Origin: Nageia nagi
Lineage: Eukaryota; Plantae; Pinophyta
Direction: 5' to 3'
Assembly (NCBI GenBank): GCA_050084985.1
Contig: JBITNC010000002.1
Coordinates: 30,070,001 to 30,134,000 of the forward strand
Length of the DNA stretch: 64,000 nt
Shown here: one piece after another, positions 45,160-56,100 of the stretch
Layout: every line of letters starts with the position of its first letter
How positions within the stretch are numbered: position 1 is the stretch's first letter
Translations under genes and position numbers: made by a program
Notes under the pieces: model-generated
Seen by the model: the letters and a program-made list of their open reading frames with translations, nothing else
Told to the model about the DNA's origin: nothing
The model's database searches: none

Positions 45160-47015
45160 TAATTGCTAGGGTTGGTAAATTTATCCTCAATAAGGATTGA
45201 AGTAATGCTTACTTCATCCTTAAGAGGGTTGTGACAATAAGTATTAGCTTGGTATCATCGTGATGACTTATAGGGCACATCTTATCACATTTTATTTCAT
45301 GTTAGGAAGTTATATCCATGACAATGGATTGTTTTTCATATTGCTACTTGTAGTGTATGGAGTGGTTAAAATATTTTTTTCTTATCCAAATTACAATATT
45401 TGATAGAAAATTACATCCTTATTGAATGAATGCTACCTTTTTCTATTATATTCATCTTAACCAGTAGCATGGTTAAGATGGCATCTTAACTCATTTTTGG
45501 TAAAATCAAGTTTATTTTTTGTGGCATCTTGACTCACTCTTGGTAAAGTCAAGTTTATTTACTATGGCATCTTGACTCACTATTGGTAAAGTTAAGTTTG
45601 CTTGTTGGCTCACTCTTGGTAAAGTCAAGTTTATTTGTTGTGGCATCTTGACTCACTTTTGGTAAAGTCAAGTTTATTTTATTTGTGACTTATATTTTAC
45701 CTTATAAATCTTGGCTTTGTATTTGGTCAAGTTGGTATTTGTGGCTTAAAAATTGAAACGTGGCAGTTTATTTAAGTTATTTTTTTATCATTTATAATAT
45801 AATTAAGATAAGATGATCACATAAGTATTTGTATGGTGAAATTGTCATCAAGGGGGAGAATTAAAATTATAAAATATTAAGATGTGATGACACCTTCATA
45901 TACCCTCAACAAATACAAAATAATGATGTAAATAAATAAACATAAACAAATACAAAAATAAAAAATCAATTTTTTTATAAAGATTGATGATATTTTTTTA
46001 TATCTTTGGTTGAGAATGCATTTATATCACTTGATTGATTGTGCATCTGATATTGTTGAGCACATATCATATTGTTAATATCATGTTATGTTTGGTACAT
46101 TTTATTTAGTATGCACATGTGATACATAGTTGATGATGTATATCATCATTGATGTTGTGCATATGTGAAGACTTGATATTTTTTGATTAGTTTATGGATG
46201 ACATCTATATTATATGATGTATCTAAATAATTTTATTTATGAGCTTCTTGTAGCTTGCAAGTTCTTCTTGAGATTGCAAGTTACTTTGAGTATGCAGGCT
46301 CATGGAGGCTCAACATGTCAACATATTATTGAATGACTGTTTTTTACAAAAAAATCATTTTTTGGTTAGTGATTGTATTGTAAAATAATTTATTAAAATA
46401 GTTAAGTAGTTGACCCATTGTAAAACCATCTATATTTTATTACTTTCTCAAATATGTAAAAGTTCTTATCTCCACTTGTATCTCTTTGGAGGAGAACTCT
46501 CTCTCACTCTTTCTCTTTCAACTCTCTACCCAATATTACATTAAAGGAGAGTGTTAGAAATTATAATGTAATATTGTGTAATATTTCTCTTTAATTTAAA
46601 TATTTAATGTATATTTAAATACCTTAAAATATTAAAAGAATAAAAATAAAAATATGATTAAATACAAAAACACCTTTAACCTTACCCTTGGGTAAAAAGA
46701 AGGTTAAAAGGTGGGTTTCTTCTTATAAATAGAGAGGTACCCCTCTCATTATGTAATTTTGATCAAGCACGATAATGCTTTTCATGTAGAATTGTAGGAA
46801 TGCTCGTGTAAGAGTTTTGTTAAGGATTTGTAAAAAAGTTGTCTTGAAAGAAGTAATAAAATGATGGTTCAAAGTGCATGTACTCCTAAGAGATGGAGGA
46901 ACCACTATACATGATGTGTTATTTTTGTGTGATTGTTTCTTATTTTTGCTAGATGGATGAATGCTAGATTTATTGGAGAAACTTCATGGTGATCTTGGTT
47001 ATATGGAATCCTTCA
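45160..47015 (+). mobile_element. Old 3' fragment (pol end, 3' UTR, PPT, LTR 46552-47015) of a relative of the young Copia at 49498
   Basis: 45166-45205 resembles 57045-57084; 45240-45280 resembles 57603-57642; 46215-46560 resembles 57695-58045; LTR TGTTAGAAAT...AATCCTTCA. Confidence 0.8.
45479..45680 (+). repeat. Five ~43-bp hairpin repeats TGGCATCTTGACTCACTCTTGGTAAAGTCAAGTTTA
   Basis: Copies at ~45479, 45522, 45565, 45605 (partial), 45641; stem CTTGACT/AGTCAAG. Confidence 0.85.
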
Positions 47016-47299
47016 ATTCCATCAAGCTTTAGGGTATATTGGATCCTATAATGAATTTCTCATTAGATAATCTAATGGTCCACATAATAATGATATGTTT
47101 ATAGGTATAGGCTAACAATGTGATCGTTACATTGATAATAAATTACTACCTTTATGAGTATAAGTACATATCCTTGTAGCACTAATAGGGTGGGGGCCCA
47201 AAAAAATATCATCTAATACTCAATCATATTTGCAACTACTCTTATGAGTGTATATAGGAATTTACCTCTTCCCAAATTTGACAAGGCATAACAAAGAGT

Positions 47300-48065
47300 T
47301 AATTCCATTGCCTAAGTAAAAGCCACCTTCCATACCAATGTCTCTCTCATCGAGGTCGAAATGAAAATCCTCTTGCATTGATCCTTGTTGTATCAATGGA
47401 ATTTGTATTCTTATCCCTATACAATCATGCAGGTTATTCCCACTTATGTGTTCGATTTATCAAATACTAAATCGATTACCCTTCGAGGTTCAAGTGGTAG
47501 AAATGGTAGATGTACTTAGTAGTAAGTATAATATCCTCTATCAAGAGATAGAATGTATAAATCTTTGGATCCCACCTCTTTTGGAATACCATCAACAATG
47601 GGAGATCAAAGTCAATGCATGATATACAAGGGTCAACCTTGAATCTAACCACTTTCAAATTTGTATGATCTTGCTTACTTAGTACTATTGAGATTTACTT
47701 GAACAATGCTGAATTTAAAATTATCATAAAAGATGCTTTTAAAGGGATTTTAAAACCATCATAAAAGATACTTTTAAGAGGGGTTTGAAACTTTTGTAAA
47801 ATGTTTTTTAAGGAAATTTAAAAATTATTATAAATAATTATTTTAAGGGGGTCTAAACATTCCATAAAAAGTCATGTGTAAGCAATTTGTAGATGTGGTT
47901 TTACATATATGAGGGTGTTTTTATACCACTTATAAGGCATTTTAAACTGCCATCATAGGGTATCAACTTTTAATGATGCCTACATAGATAACTAGCATGA
48001 AATAATCATAAAAGATCTTTAAGGGTGGTTTAAAACCACCATTGAGGATTAATTTTACTTTAGTG
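47300..48065 (-). mobile_element. PMD (plant mobile domain)-like fragment next to CACTA-like subterminal repeats and terminus
   Basis: ORF 47476-47658 KRWDPKIYTFYL..EDIILT..IY....L.LEG resembles the PMD ERW.PETHTFHLP.GE.TITL.DV motif; ATAAAAGAT..TTTAAGGG..TTTAAAACC repeats at 47725-48040; TAGTG (reverse complement CACTA) at 48061-48065. Confidence 0.4.
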
Positions 48066-49497
48066 ATTTTTTACAACTTTGGGTGTAAGGTGATTATCAA
48101 AATTATAGTTATTTTAGTAATATTTTCATTAAATGTGGCATGGCTTTCCTATCATTATTATTTTAATGGAATGTGCGTATTACCTTTGGTTTTGATTGGC
48201 ACTTATAAATCTAACTATGATTAGTTATACTAACATGTTGTAATCTTTATAGTAGCTACTATCTAACAAGGTAGATAATCCTAATCATTTATTGGTTATG
48301 TAATTTTCTAGGGAACTTATCTTCTTAATCTATGTATATATTATTATTTGGGGTTGTTGTTGGTCCTTTCTAATCCTCTTATATCAAATTTGGCACAATC
48401 ACATTATTTTTGAAATTGATGATTAAAATATTTAGTGATAACTTCCTCATGGAATATATCCTTATGAAGTGGTAATTTAGGTTGAATCAATCACTAAGGG
48501 AATGCAACAAATTGGTTTGATCAAGAATAAAGTGTATCACTACATCAAGTATTCTTTTTTTCATGTCATCATCCATATTATTTTTCTCTTTATCTTTCAT
48601 CACCAAAATTGGTAAATTTTTATGAAGTATCTTTTTCTTATTCTTGAGCAAGAAAGGGTTGTTTGACATGTCCAAATAATACCCTACGAAGGTTATATGT
48701 TGAAGATTTGAGAGGGGAATTTTATATGCCTTTATCAAGTAGCAAGTGTCATTGTTATATTTGTATTAAAATAACAACACATAACTCTAAGGCTTGTCAC
48801 CTCTAAAATGTTTGGAACCTCTTTGAGCCTTCGCATCTAACTATCTAGATATCCAAATTTGACACAAAAGTGAAGCTATGAAACCTAATTCTTGTAGTTG
48901 GAACCATAATATACTCCTACAATATAGTATTAGTTTACAATTTATAACCTTTAGATTAAAATTATTGTCTCCTAATCAAACTATCACATTCATGTTTAGG
49001 AGACTATTTGTAACCAAATTACATAAAGGAAAATATATGAATAAAAATATTTTATTTTGAAATATTAAGAGTAATACATATATAATTTAATGTTAAAATA
49101 TATGTCATTATTCCATGCTTCATAATACACATTTAGCATGTGTCAATCCAAATTATCAAATAATAATTTATTTCTAAAATATATTCAATGTTGACAATTG
49201 GAAAATTATGTCATTGCTTCTCTAGGAAGACAAACCTCCTTACTCTTTCTTCTCCTCTCTAAATACTCTCAAATGGATTTAGTTCTATTTGTGATTGTTG
49301 GATGGGTGTCATTATAGTTATTCATATATTGTAGATGATATGGCTTATCATTTTGATAATGTCATCTTATGAAATTTTCATGCATCAACTCTTGGAACAA
49401 CTATTAATTAAACTTTAATGTGTTCTTAATTGGTTGAGGTGGTTGGTAATTTAAATACATGCATGCATTTCTTGTTATGAGTTCCACCTCATCTTTT

Positions 49498-49995
49498 TGT
49501 TAGAATTTGTAATGAAATATTGTGAATATCTAGACTCCTTGTAAATTCAATTAATCACTTAAAGGTATGTAGATACCTTAAGTGATTAATAGAATTCTTT
49601 AATATGTAGACTTTGACTTTACCAAAGGAGTTAGTTGGTAGGTTGAAGTTTGGTGGTACATTTAATGTAACCCTAACCTTACCCTTGGGTTAAAGGAAGG
49701 TTAGGGAGGTGCTCTCAACCTATAAATAGAGGGCCTCTCCTCATGTAAAGATATCTAAGTTTTGAGTAAGATTACTCTACTTGGTTGTGTAGGAGAGAGC
49801 TAGAGAATAGTTGTAAGAGAGACATAGATTTGAGAATAAGAGAGCTAGTTGTGGATGTACTCCCAAGGAGGGAGGAACCACATTATATTGGTGTCATATT
49901 GTGTGAATGATGTTCTTAGAATTATAGATGTGTTATCTTGAGTTTCCTAGTCTAAGGTCCTAGAGGATTTGTTTAGATCTAGTTCAAATCCTTCA
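49498..49995 (+). repeat. 5' LTR
   Basis: Same sequence as 58036-58533 by eye; TATAAATA at 49721; hairpin ATTAATCACTT-A-AAGGTAT-GTAG-ATACCTT-AAGTGATTAAT at 49550-49590. Confidence 0.97.
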
Positions 49996-49997
49996 AT

Positions 49998-50010
49998 TGG
50001 TATCAGAGCC
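49998..50010 (+). promoter_or_regulatory. Primer-binding site (initiator Met tRNA)
   Basis: TGGTATCAGAGCC, 2 nt after the LTR end. Confidence 0.95.
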
Positions 50011-50536
50011 TTGTTGAGGAAGCTCTTTTGGTGTGGAAGCTACATTTTGGAGGTGCTTCATCCTTCTCAAATTTGGAGATCTTAATCCTAATCTTCATTG
50101 TGAGGTAAAAGGTTTGCAAAGGTATAACCTTCTATCCTTCTTTAACTAAGTTCATTATGATACTAATCTTTTGTATGATTATGCTAGCTCAATGTCTTAG
50201 CAATACCATAATATATTTTTGCTATTCTCTTCTTACTAACAATATTTTATGTTAGTCATCTATTTTTCATGTACAAAGAAATGTTTTTTCTTTTGAGCAA
50301 AAATATATTATGATAGCATCTTATTGAAAAGTTTTTTTTTACAAAGTCTTTTGTGAAAAATATCAAAAAAAAAGGAGGAAGGTGCAATTTTTTACATATT
50401 TTATTGTTGAAATAAAGAGGAGGACAAATTTTTTTGGTTCTACCATAATTTTAAGGGGCACACTCCTAGATTCAAAGGCTCAATATATATAGAATTAAAA
50501 TATATATTTTTTTTTGTTTTTCAACAAACATACTCA

Positions 50537-50567
<31 letters not shown>

Positions 50568-53157
50568 CTTTCTTATTTTGCTTTTGTTTAAAATAATCAA
50601 AACAAAATTATAGTTTAAATCTATTTCAAATATAATTAAAAATATATATATATATATCTATATATATGTGTTTATTTTTTAAATTTGTTTCAACACAACA
50701 CAATATATATCTTTGTTATATATATTTTTTATATTTGAAATAAATTTAAAATGGGGGGTCACGTTCAAATCAATTAACATTATATCAATTTATTTCGGGG
50801 GGTTAATTGATAACAATTTAATTCGTATAAATTCATATACATGTTAAAACGGGCCGCGCGCCACCGCAGCTCCTCCTCAACCGCTCTTCCCCCCCCGCGC
50901 CGGCACCACTCGCGCTCCTCCCGCTCGCCACCTCCCCGCCCGCCTGTTCTCCAGGATGCCACGTCCTGCAGCTGCTTCCTAGACTTCACATGATCGCAGG
51001 CACTACCCACTATGGCATATGCACCACAGACACGGACACTACCACCCCTGAACGGATGCTGCACAGTAGGACTGGTTGTCTGATGGTCTACGCTACCTGG
51101 AGTTCGATGAGGGAGGACGCCGCGTCTCCATTCTCCAGCCGAAGCCATGCTTACCACCACTCCGTCCTCACGGCCATGAGCCTCTTCGACTTGGGCAGGC
51201 TGCAGCCCATGCACTGCCATGCTCGCCGGCAACCTGTTTCGTGGACTGAAGTGCTCGCAGGATATGCAGTGGCATCGCTTCAGCCTCCTCCTCTCCGTCT
51301 TCTCCTCCCTCACGTGTGATTTGCTTACAAAAAATGCACGATGCAGACATAGGTTTCTTGTAATGCCAATGATCTCAGGCCATGCACAGAACGGATACGT
51401 TGAATGGGTCCGTAACCTAGTGTAGACACCCTTTCTGCAATGATCACCGGACATGCACAGAATGGATACGTTGCTTGGCTGTTAAGTCTTCCCAGCTCTG
51501 CACAACCCGGCTCACTGGCTTCATTCTCTTTTTAACGTGGCCCTTCTCCCTTCTCGCCCTCACGTCGCGCCTTGGGTGGTCAACCACCGACTGGTCGCCC
51601 CACGCGACCTCCACCGCCTTCCGTGACCTCCTCGCCGACTTTGGCCCCTGCCACCCCTGCCCAGCCTCCTCTTTCTCCTTCCTCCTACTACGCATTTAAT
51701 GCTTATTGACTTAGGAATTTTTTTTAGTCCATAAGGTAGCCAAAGCATTACCATGCATTGAAATTAAGGGCAGGGTCTCCTATTCCACCTTCCAAGTCAA
51801 TTGCTCCCATTAAATGCACTTAGGAGTCCTTCACATAATTTCTTATTTTCTCCTCCAAATTTAATGCTTAATTCAATAAAGGTGCACATGCATAGTAATT
51901 TAGTCTAAAGTATGCTATTTTTTAAGTAAATAAGGGAATTTTTTTACTTAAAATACATCACTTCTAAGACAAGTCTTAGCATACAAGTTGGTTCTCTAGG
52001 GATAAAACTTTCAGTAACAAAGGGGGGGGCCTTGGTATAAATTTTATTACTTAAATTTTATCTAGATGCATGTATCTTGTTTGAAGACTAAAACATGCTT
52101 AGGACTTAAATTTCTAATGCATGATGCATGCTTAAGTAAATTTTAAGTCATGATAGAATGCATGTTATAAGTATGCTTAAATGTTAAGAATGCATAAGTA
52201 TGCTTAGGACTTAAAATTTTTAATGCATGATGCATGCTTACTTAAATTTTTAAGTCATGATACAATGCATGTTATGAATTAAATACTAAGTATGCTTAGG
52301 ACTTAAATTTTTAATGCATGATGGATGCTTACTTAAATTTTTAAGTCATGATATACTAAGTAGGACTTAGTTCCTTGTTTAATTCATTAAGTGCTTGAAT
52401 AAAGTGAGAAAAATATGAACAATGTAAAAGTCCTTTAGGGGTTAGAACAAAACCCATTGGACTCAATTTTTTTTTTTTTTTGGCCTTTTTAAGGTTTCAA
52501 GTTCGTGTGGATGGAGTATTTTTCATCTTACTTTATATTTTTTGCACATTTGCTTATACTTGCAATACGCAAAAATGTGAAAAGTAACCCCTAAAATGAA
52601 TACATCCGCACGTATTTTCCACAACATGACTTGTTTGGGGAGCCATGAGGTGAGGACAGGGCAGACTGGAGCCCTTTTAGTCCGAAGAACCGAGTGGTGG
52701 TAAGTCCGTCTTAATTGCCCCTAAGACCTCTGTTGGATTGGACATAACTCTATTAGGTGGACAGGCATGTGTGTAGTGATACCACATGTCCGCACGTCCA
52801 TTCAGGGATTATCCTGATAACCTAGGAGGAAAACTGAAACCCTTAATCAAGATAATTAAAATGGCCGGTCCAAGATACGTCGGATCCTTGGAAAATAGTA
52901 AGTACTTCTCCTTGTGAGAGTATATCACTGACCAAGGTGAACTGGTTGAGGACTGGTAGTACCTGGGCTCCACCTTGCGGGCATCCAGGTGAAGGCCTAA
53001 TTCTATACAAGAAAACAACCCCAACTTTATCCTTTGATGGATCGTGGTTAATGAGGTTACACATGTGGGACATGTTTGCTTATTAGTTGTTTTATATGTA
53101 TAAATGAAAATTGTAAAAGTTTACATTCTTATTGCATATTTGTTATTTTTTGTAGCA

Positions 53158-56100
53158 ATGGTTGAAACCTTCGTTCCCAAGCACATACTCGATGGTTCCA
53201 ACTTTGGAATATGGGAACCACGTATGAAAGCCGAGTTACAAGCAAGAAAGCTATGGCAGACAGTTAGTGAAGATGCGGTTGCTCCTACCGATGAGAAGGC
53301 TCTTGAAGTATACAACTCAAAGAATGAGTTAGCAACTTCTATGATATACCGTGCAGTTTCAGATGATGTCCTTCTCATGATTTCTTCATCAACTTCAGCA
53401 AAGGAAGCTTGGGATAGGTTAAAGAAAATCTACCTTGGGTCCAAATTTTCAAGGAGGTTTACCATTCTACAAAAGTTGTTGCAGTATCGACAAAGTGAAG
53501 ATGAAAGTGCCTCCATCTACTTAAACAAAATCATTGACCTCAGGACACAACTGGTTGGTTGTGGATGCAACTGGATCAATGATGAGTTCATGGTCTTCAT
53601 CATTCTACAAAGCCTTACTTCAAAGTTCAGCAACTTTGTCACAGTTATGGAAACAAGGCTTGATGATGAAGAAGATGTCATCTCACTAGATAACCTTTCA
53701 AGACTTCTTCTAAAGCATGAGGAAACTTTGAACAAGAAAATGTTGAACCTTTCTCCAAAGGACCATAGCATTGCTCTAGGAGCAACCAAAACTCCTTTCA
53801 AGAAAAAGTTCAAACATTACAAATTCAAAGACAACAAGTCCTCATCTACCTTCAGGAAGTATGACAAAAAGGGCAACAACAACAACAATCATGGCAACTA
53901 CAGGCACAGGAATGATAAAGCAGGATCAAGCAATCCAACACCACAAGAAAAGTTTGATGGGAATTGTAACTTCTGTGGCATCTTTGGGCACAAAGAGTAT
54001 GATTGTCGCAAAAAGAAATTTGCTCAAAAAGGAAAGGGAAATGCAAATGTGAGAAATTTCAATAATAAAAAGAAGAACAAGCATGCTGCTTCTGTTGCCT
54101 ACTACTCAATGACTCAAACTATTTCAAATGACTGGATTGTTGATACAGGATGCACTAATCACATGTGTTATGAAAAAGATAAGTTTGAAAATTTTCATAA
54201 ATACAAAAAGGATGCAGTTGTGATAGGTGATAATACAGTCCTTGATGTTCACGGAATAGGAAGTGTGAAGATTCATGGAAAGACTCTTGACAATGTCTTT
54301 TATGTGCCTAAACTAAGGATGAATCTCATCTCCGTGATTCAAATTACAAGGAAAGGATGCTCATTTGAGTTTACCTCACACTCTTGGTGTGTTAAGAAAG
54401 GACTTGCCACTTTGATGAAAGGATCAGTAAAGAATGACCTTTATATTGTGGATCAAGTACCTTCAAAGATTTGTCTTGCTACAAATGTTTGTTCAAAAGG
54501 TAATCTTTGGCATCAACGATTAGGACACCTTAACCACAAGAGTATTCAAGCTATGAAAACTCAAGAACTTGTGGAAGGTTTACCTAATATTTCACCCACA
54601 GTTGGTCTTTGTGAAAGGTGCATTCTAGGAAAGATGCATAGGCAAAAGTTTGAAAAAGATAAGGCAACTCGGGCTACTTGTCCTCTTCAGCTTGTGCATT
54701 CAGATTTGATGGGTCCTTTTCAGACTAAGTCACTAGGTGGAGCTTCTTATGTTCTGACCTTCATTGATGACTTCAGTAGGATGACATTTGGTTATCTACT
54801 TGAGCACAAGGATCAAACTTTTGACAGGTTTCAAGACTTCAAGGCACTTGTTGAAAATCAAACTGATTTTAAGATCAAACTGCTGAGATCGGACAATGGG
54901 GGTGAATATAATAGCAATGAGTTTAACGCCTTTTGTGTTAAACACGGGATTAAGCGACAATTCACAATCCCTTACACCCCTCAGCAAAATGGAGTTGCTG
55001 AAAGGAAGAATCGCACCATTATGGAAATGGCAAGATGCATGTTGGGTAACCTTCCTAGTTTCTTATGGGGCGAAGCTGTACACACTGCTATTCACACCCT
55101 AAATAGGTGTCCTACTAAGGTAGTTGAAGGTAAAACTCCATATGAAGCATGGACAGGAAAGAAACCTAACCTCTCACACTTCAGAATCTTCGGTTGTGAT
55201 GCATTTGCCTTCATTACCTCAGAGAAAAGAAAGAAGCTCGATAAACGATCAGAAAAATGCATCTTTGTGGGGTATGATAATCAGCATAGAGGTTACAGGC
55301 TCTACTCTTCATCCCATAAAATAGTCTTTGTGTCTAGGGATGTTAAGTTCAATGAACTTTCTGAGGATACGACCTCTCATGCTAAAATGTCTGATACAGA
55401 TGATTCTTCGCCTGCACCTAACTGGTTGGATGAGCATGTAGAGAAGTCACCACAAGAGCAAAATTCTCCGGCACAGAGAATTACAAGAAGTATGACCTTG
55501 AATAAATCCTTATTTGCCAAAATTGATAATATGCATGAGCCATCAACCTTCAAAGAAGCTTCCAAGCAAGAGTGTTGGATGGAAGCTATGAAAGTTGAGT
55601 ATGAGGCTCTCATGAAAAATGAAACTTGGGATTTGGTTCCTTATCCAAATGAGAAAAATGTGATTGGCAATAAATGGATATACAAGGTCAAGTACAATTC
55701 TGATGGAAACATTGAAAAATACAAGGCAAGGTTAGTAGCCAAAGGATTCGCTCAGAAATATGGTATTGATTATGAGGAAACCTTTGCTCCTGTAGCCAAG
55801 ATGCCTACTGTCAGAATAATTCTTGCTCTTTCTGCAGCTCAAGGATGGAAAGCTTTTCAACTTGATGTCAAAAGTGCATTTCTCAATGGGGACTTAGATG
55901 TTGAAATCTACATGCATCAACCAGAAGGATTTATTCCAGAAGGAAAAGAGACTCTTGTGTGCAAACTAAAGAAGTCTTTGTATGGACTTAAGCAAGCACC
56001 TAGAGCATGGTACAAGAAAATTTCAGGATTCTTTGCAGATATTGGTTTTTCTAAGTGCTTCTCAGATTCAGATCTATATGTACTCAATCAAGGACAAGAC

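Noticed and set aside
50780-51454. 224-aa antisense host gene
   Set aside because: No recognisable domain; lies in a GC-rich patch inside the Copia leader where long open frames arise by chance
52800-52845. Hammerhead ribozyme at CTGATAA...GAAA
   Set aside because: Core is CTGATAA rather than CTGANGA, and the three helices could not be assembled
53104-53157. Signal peptide on the gag-pol polyprotein (MKIVKVYILIAYLLFFVA)
   Set aside because: Better explained as translation of an intronic T-rich tract and acceptor preceding the real ATG at 53158
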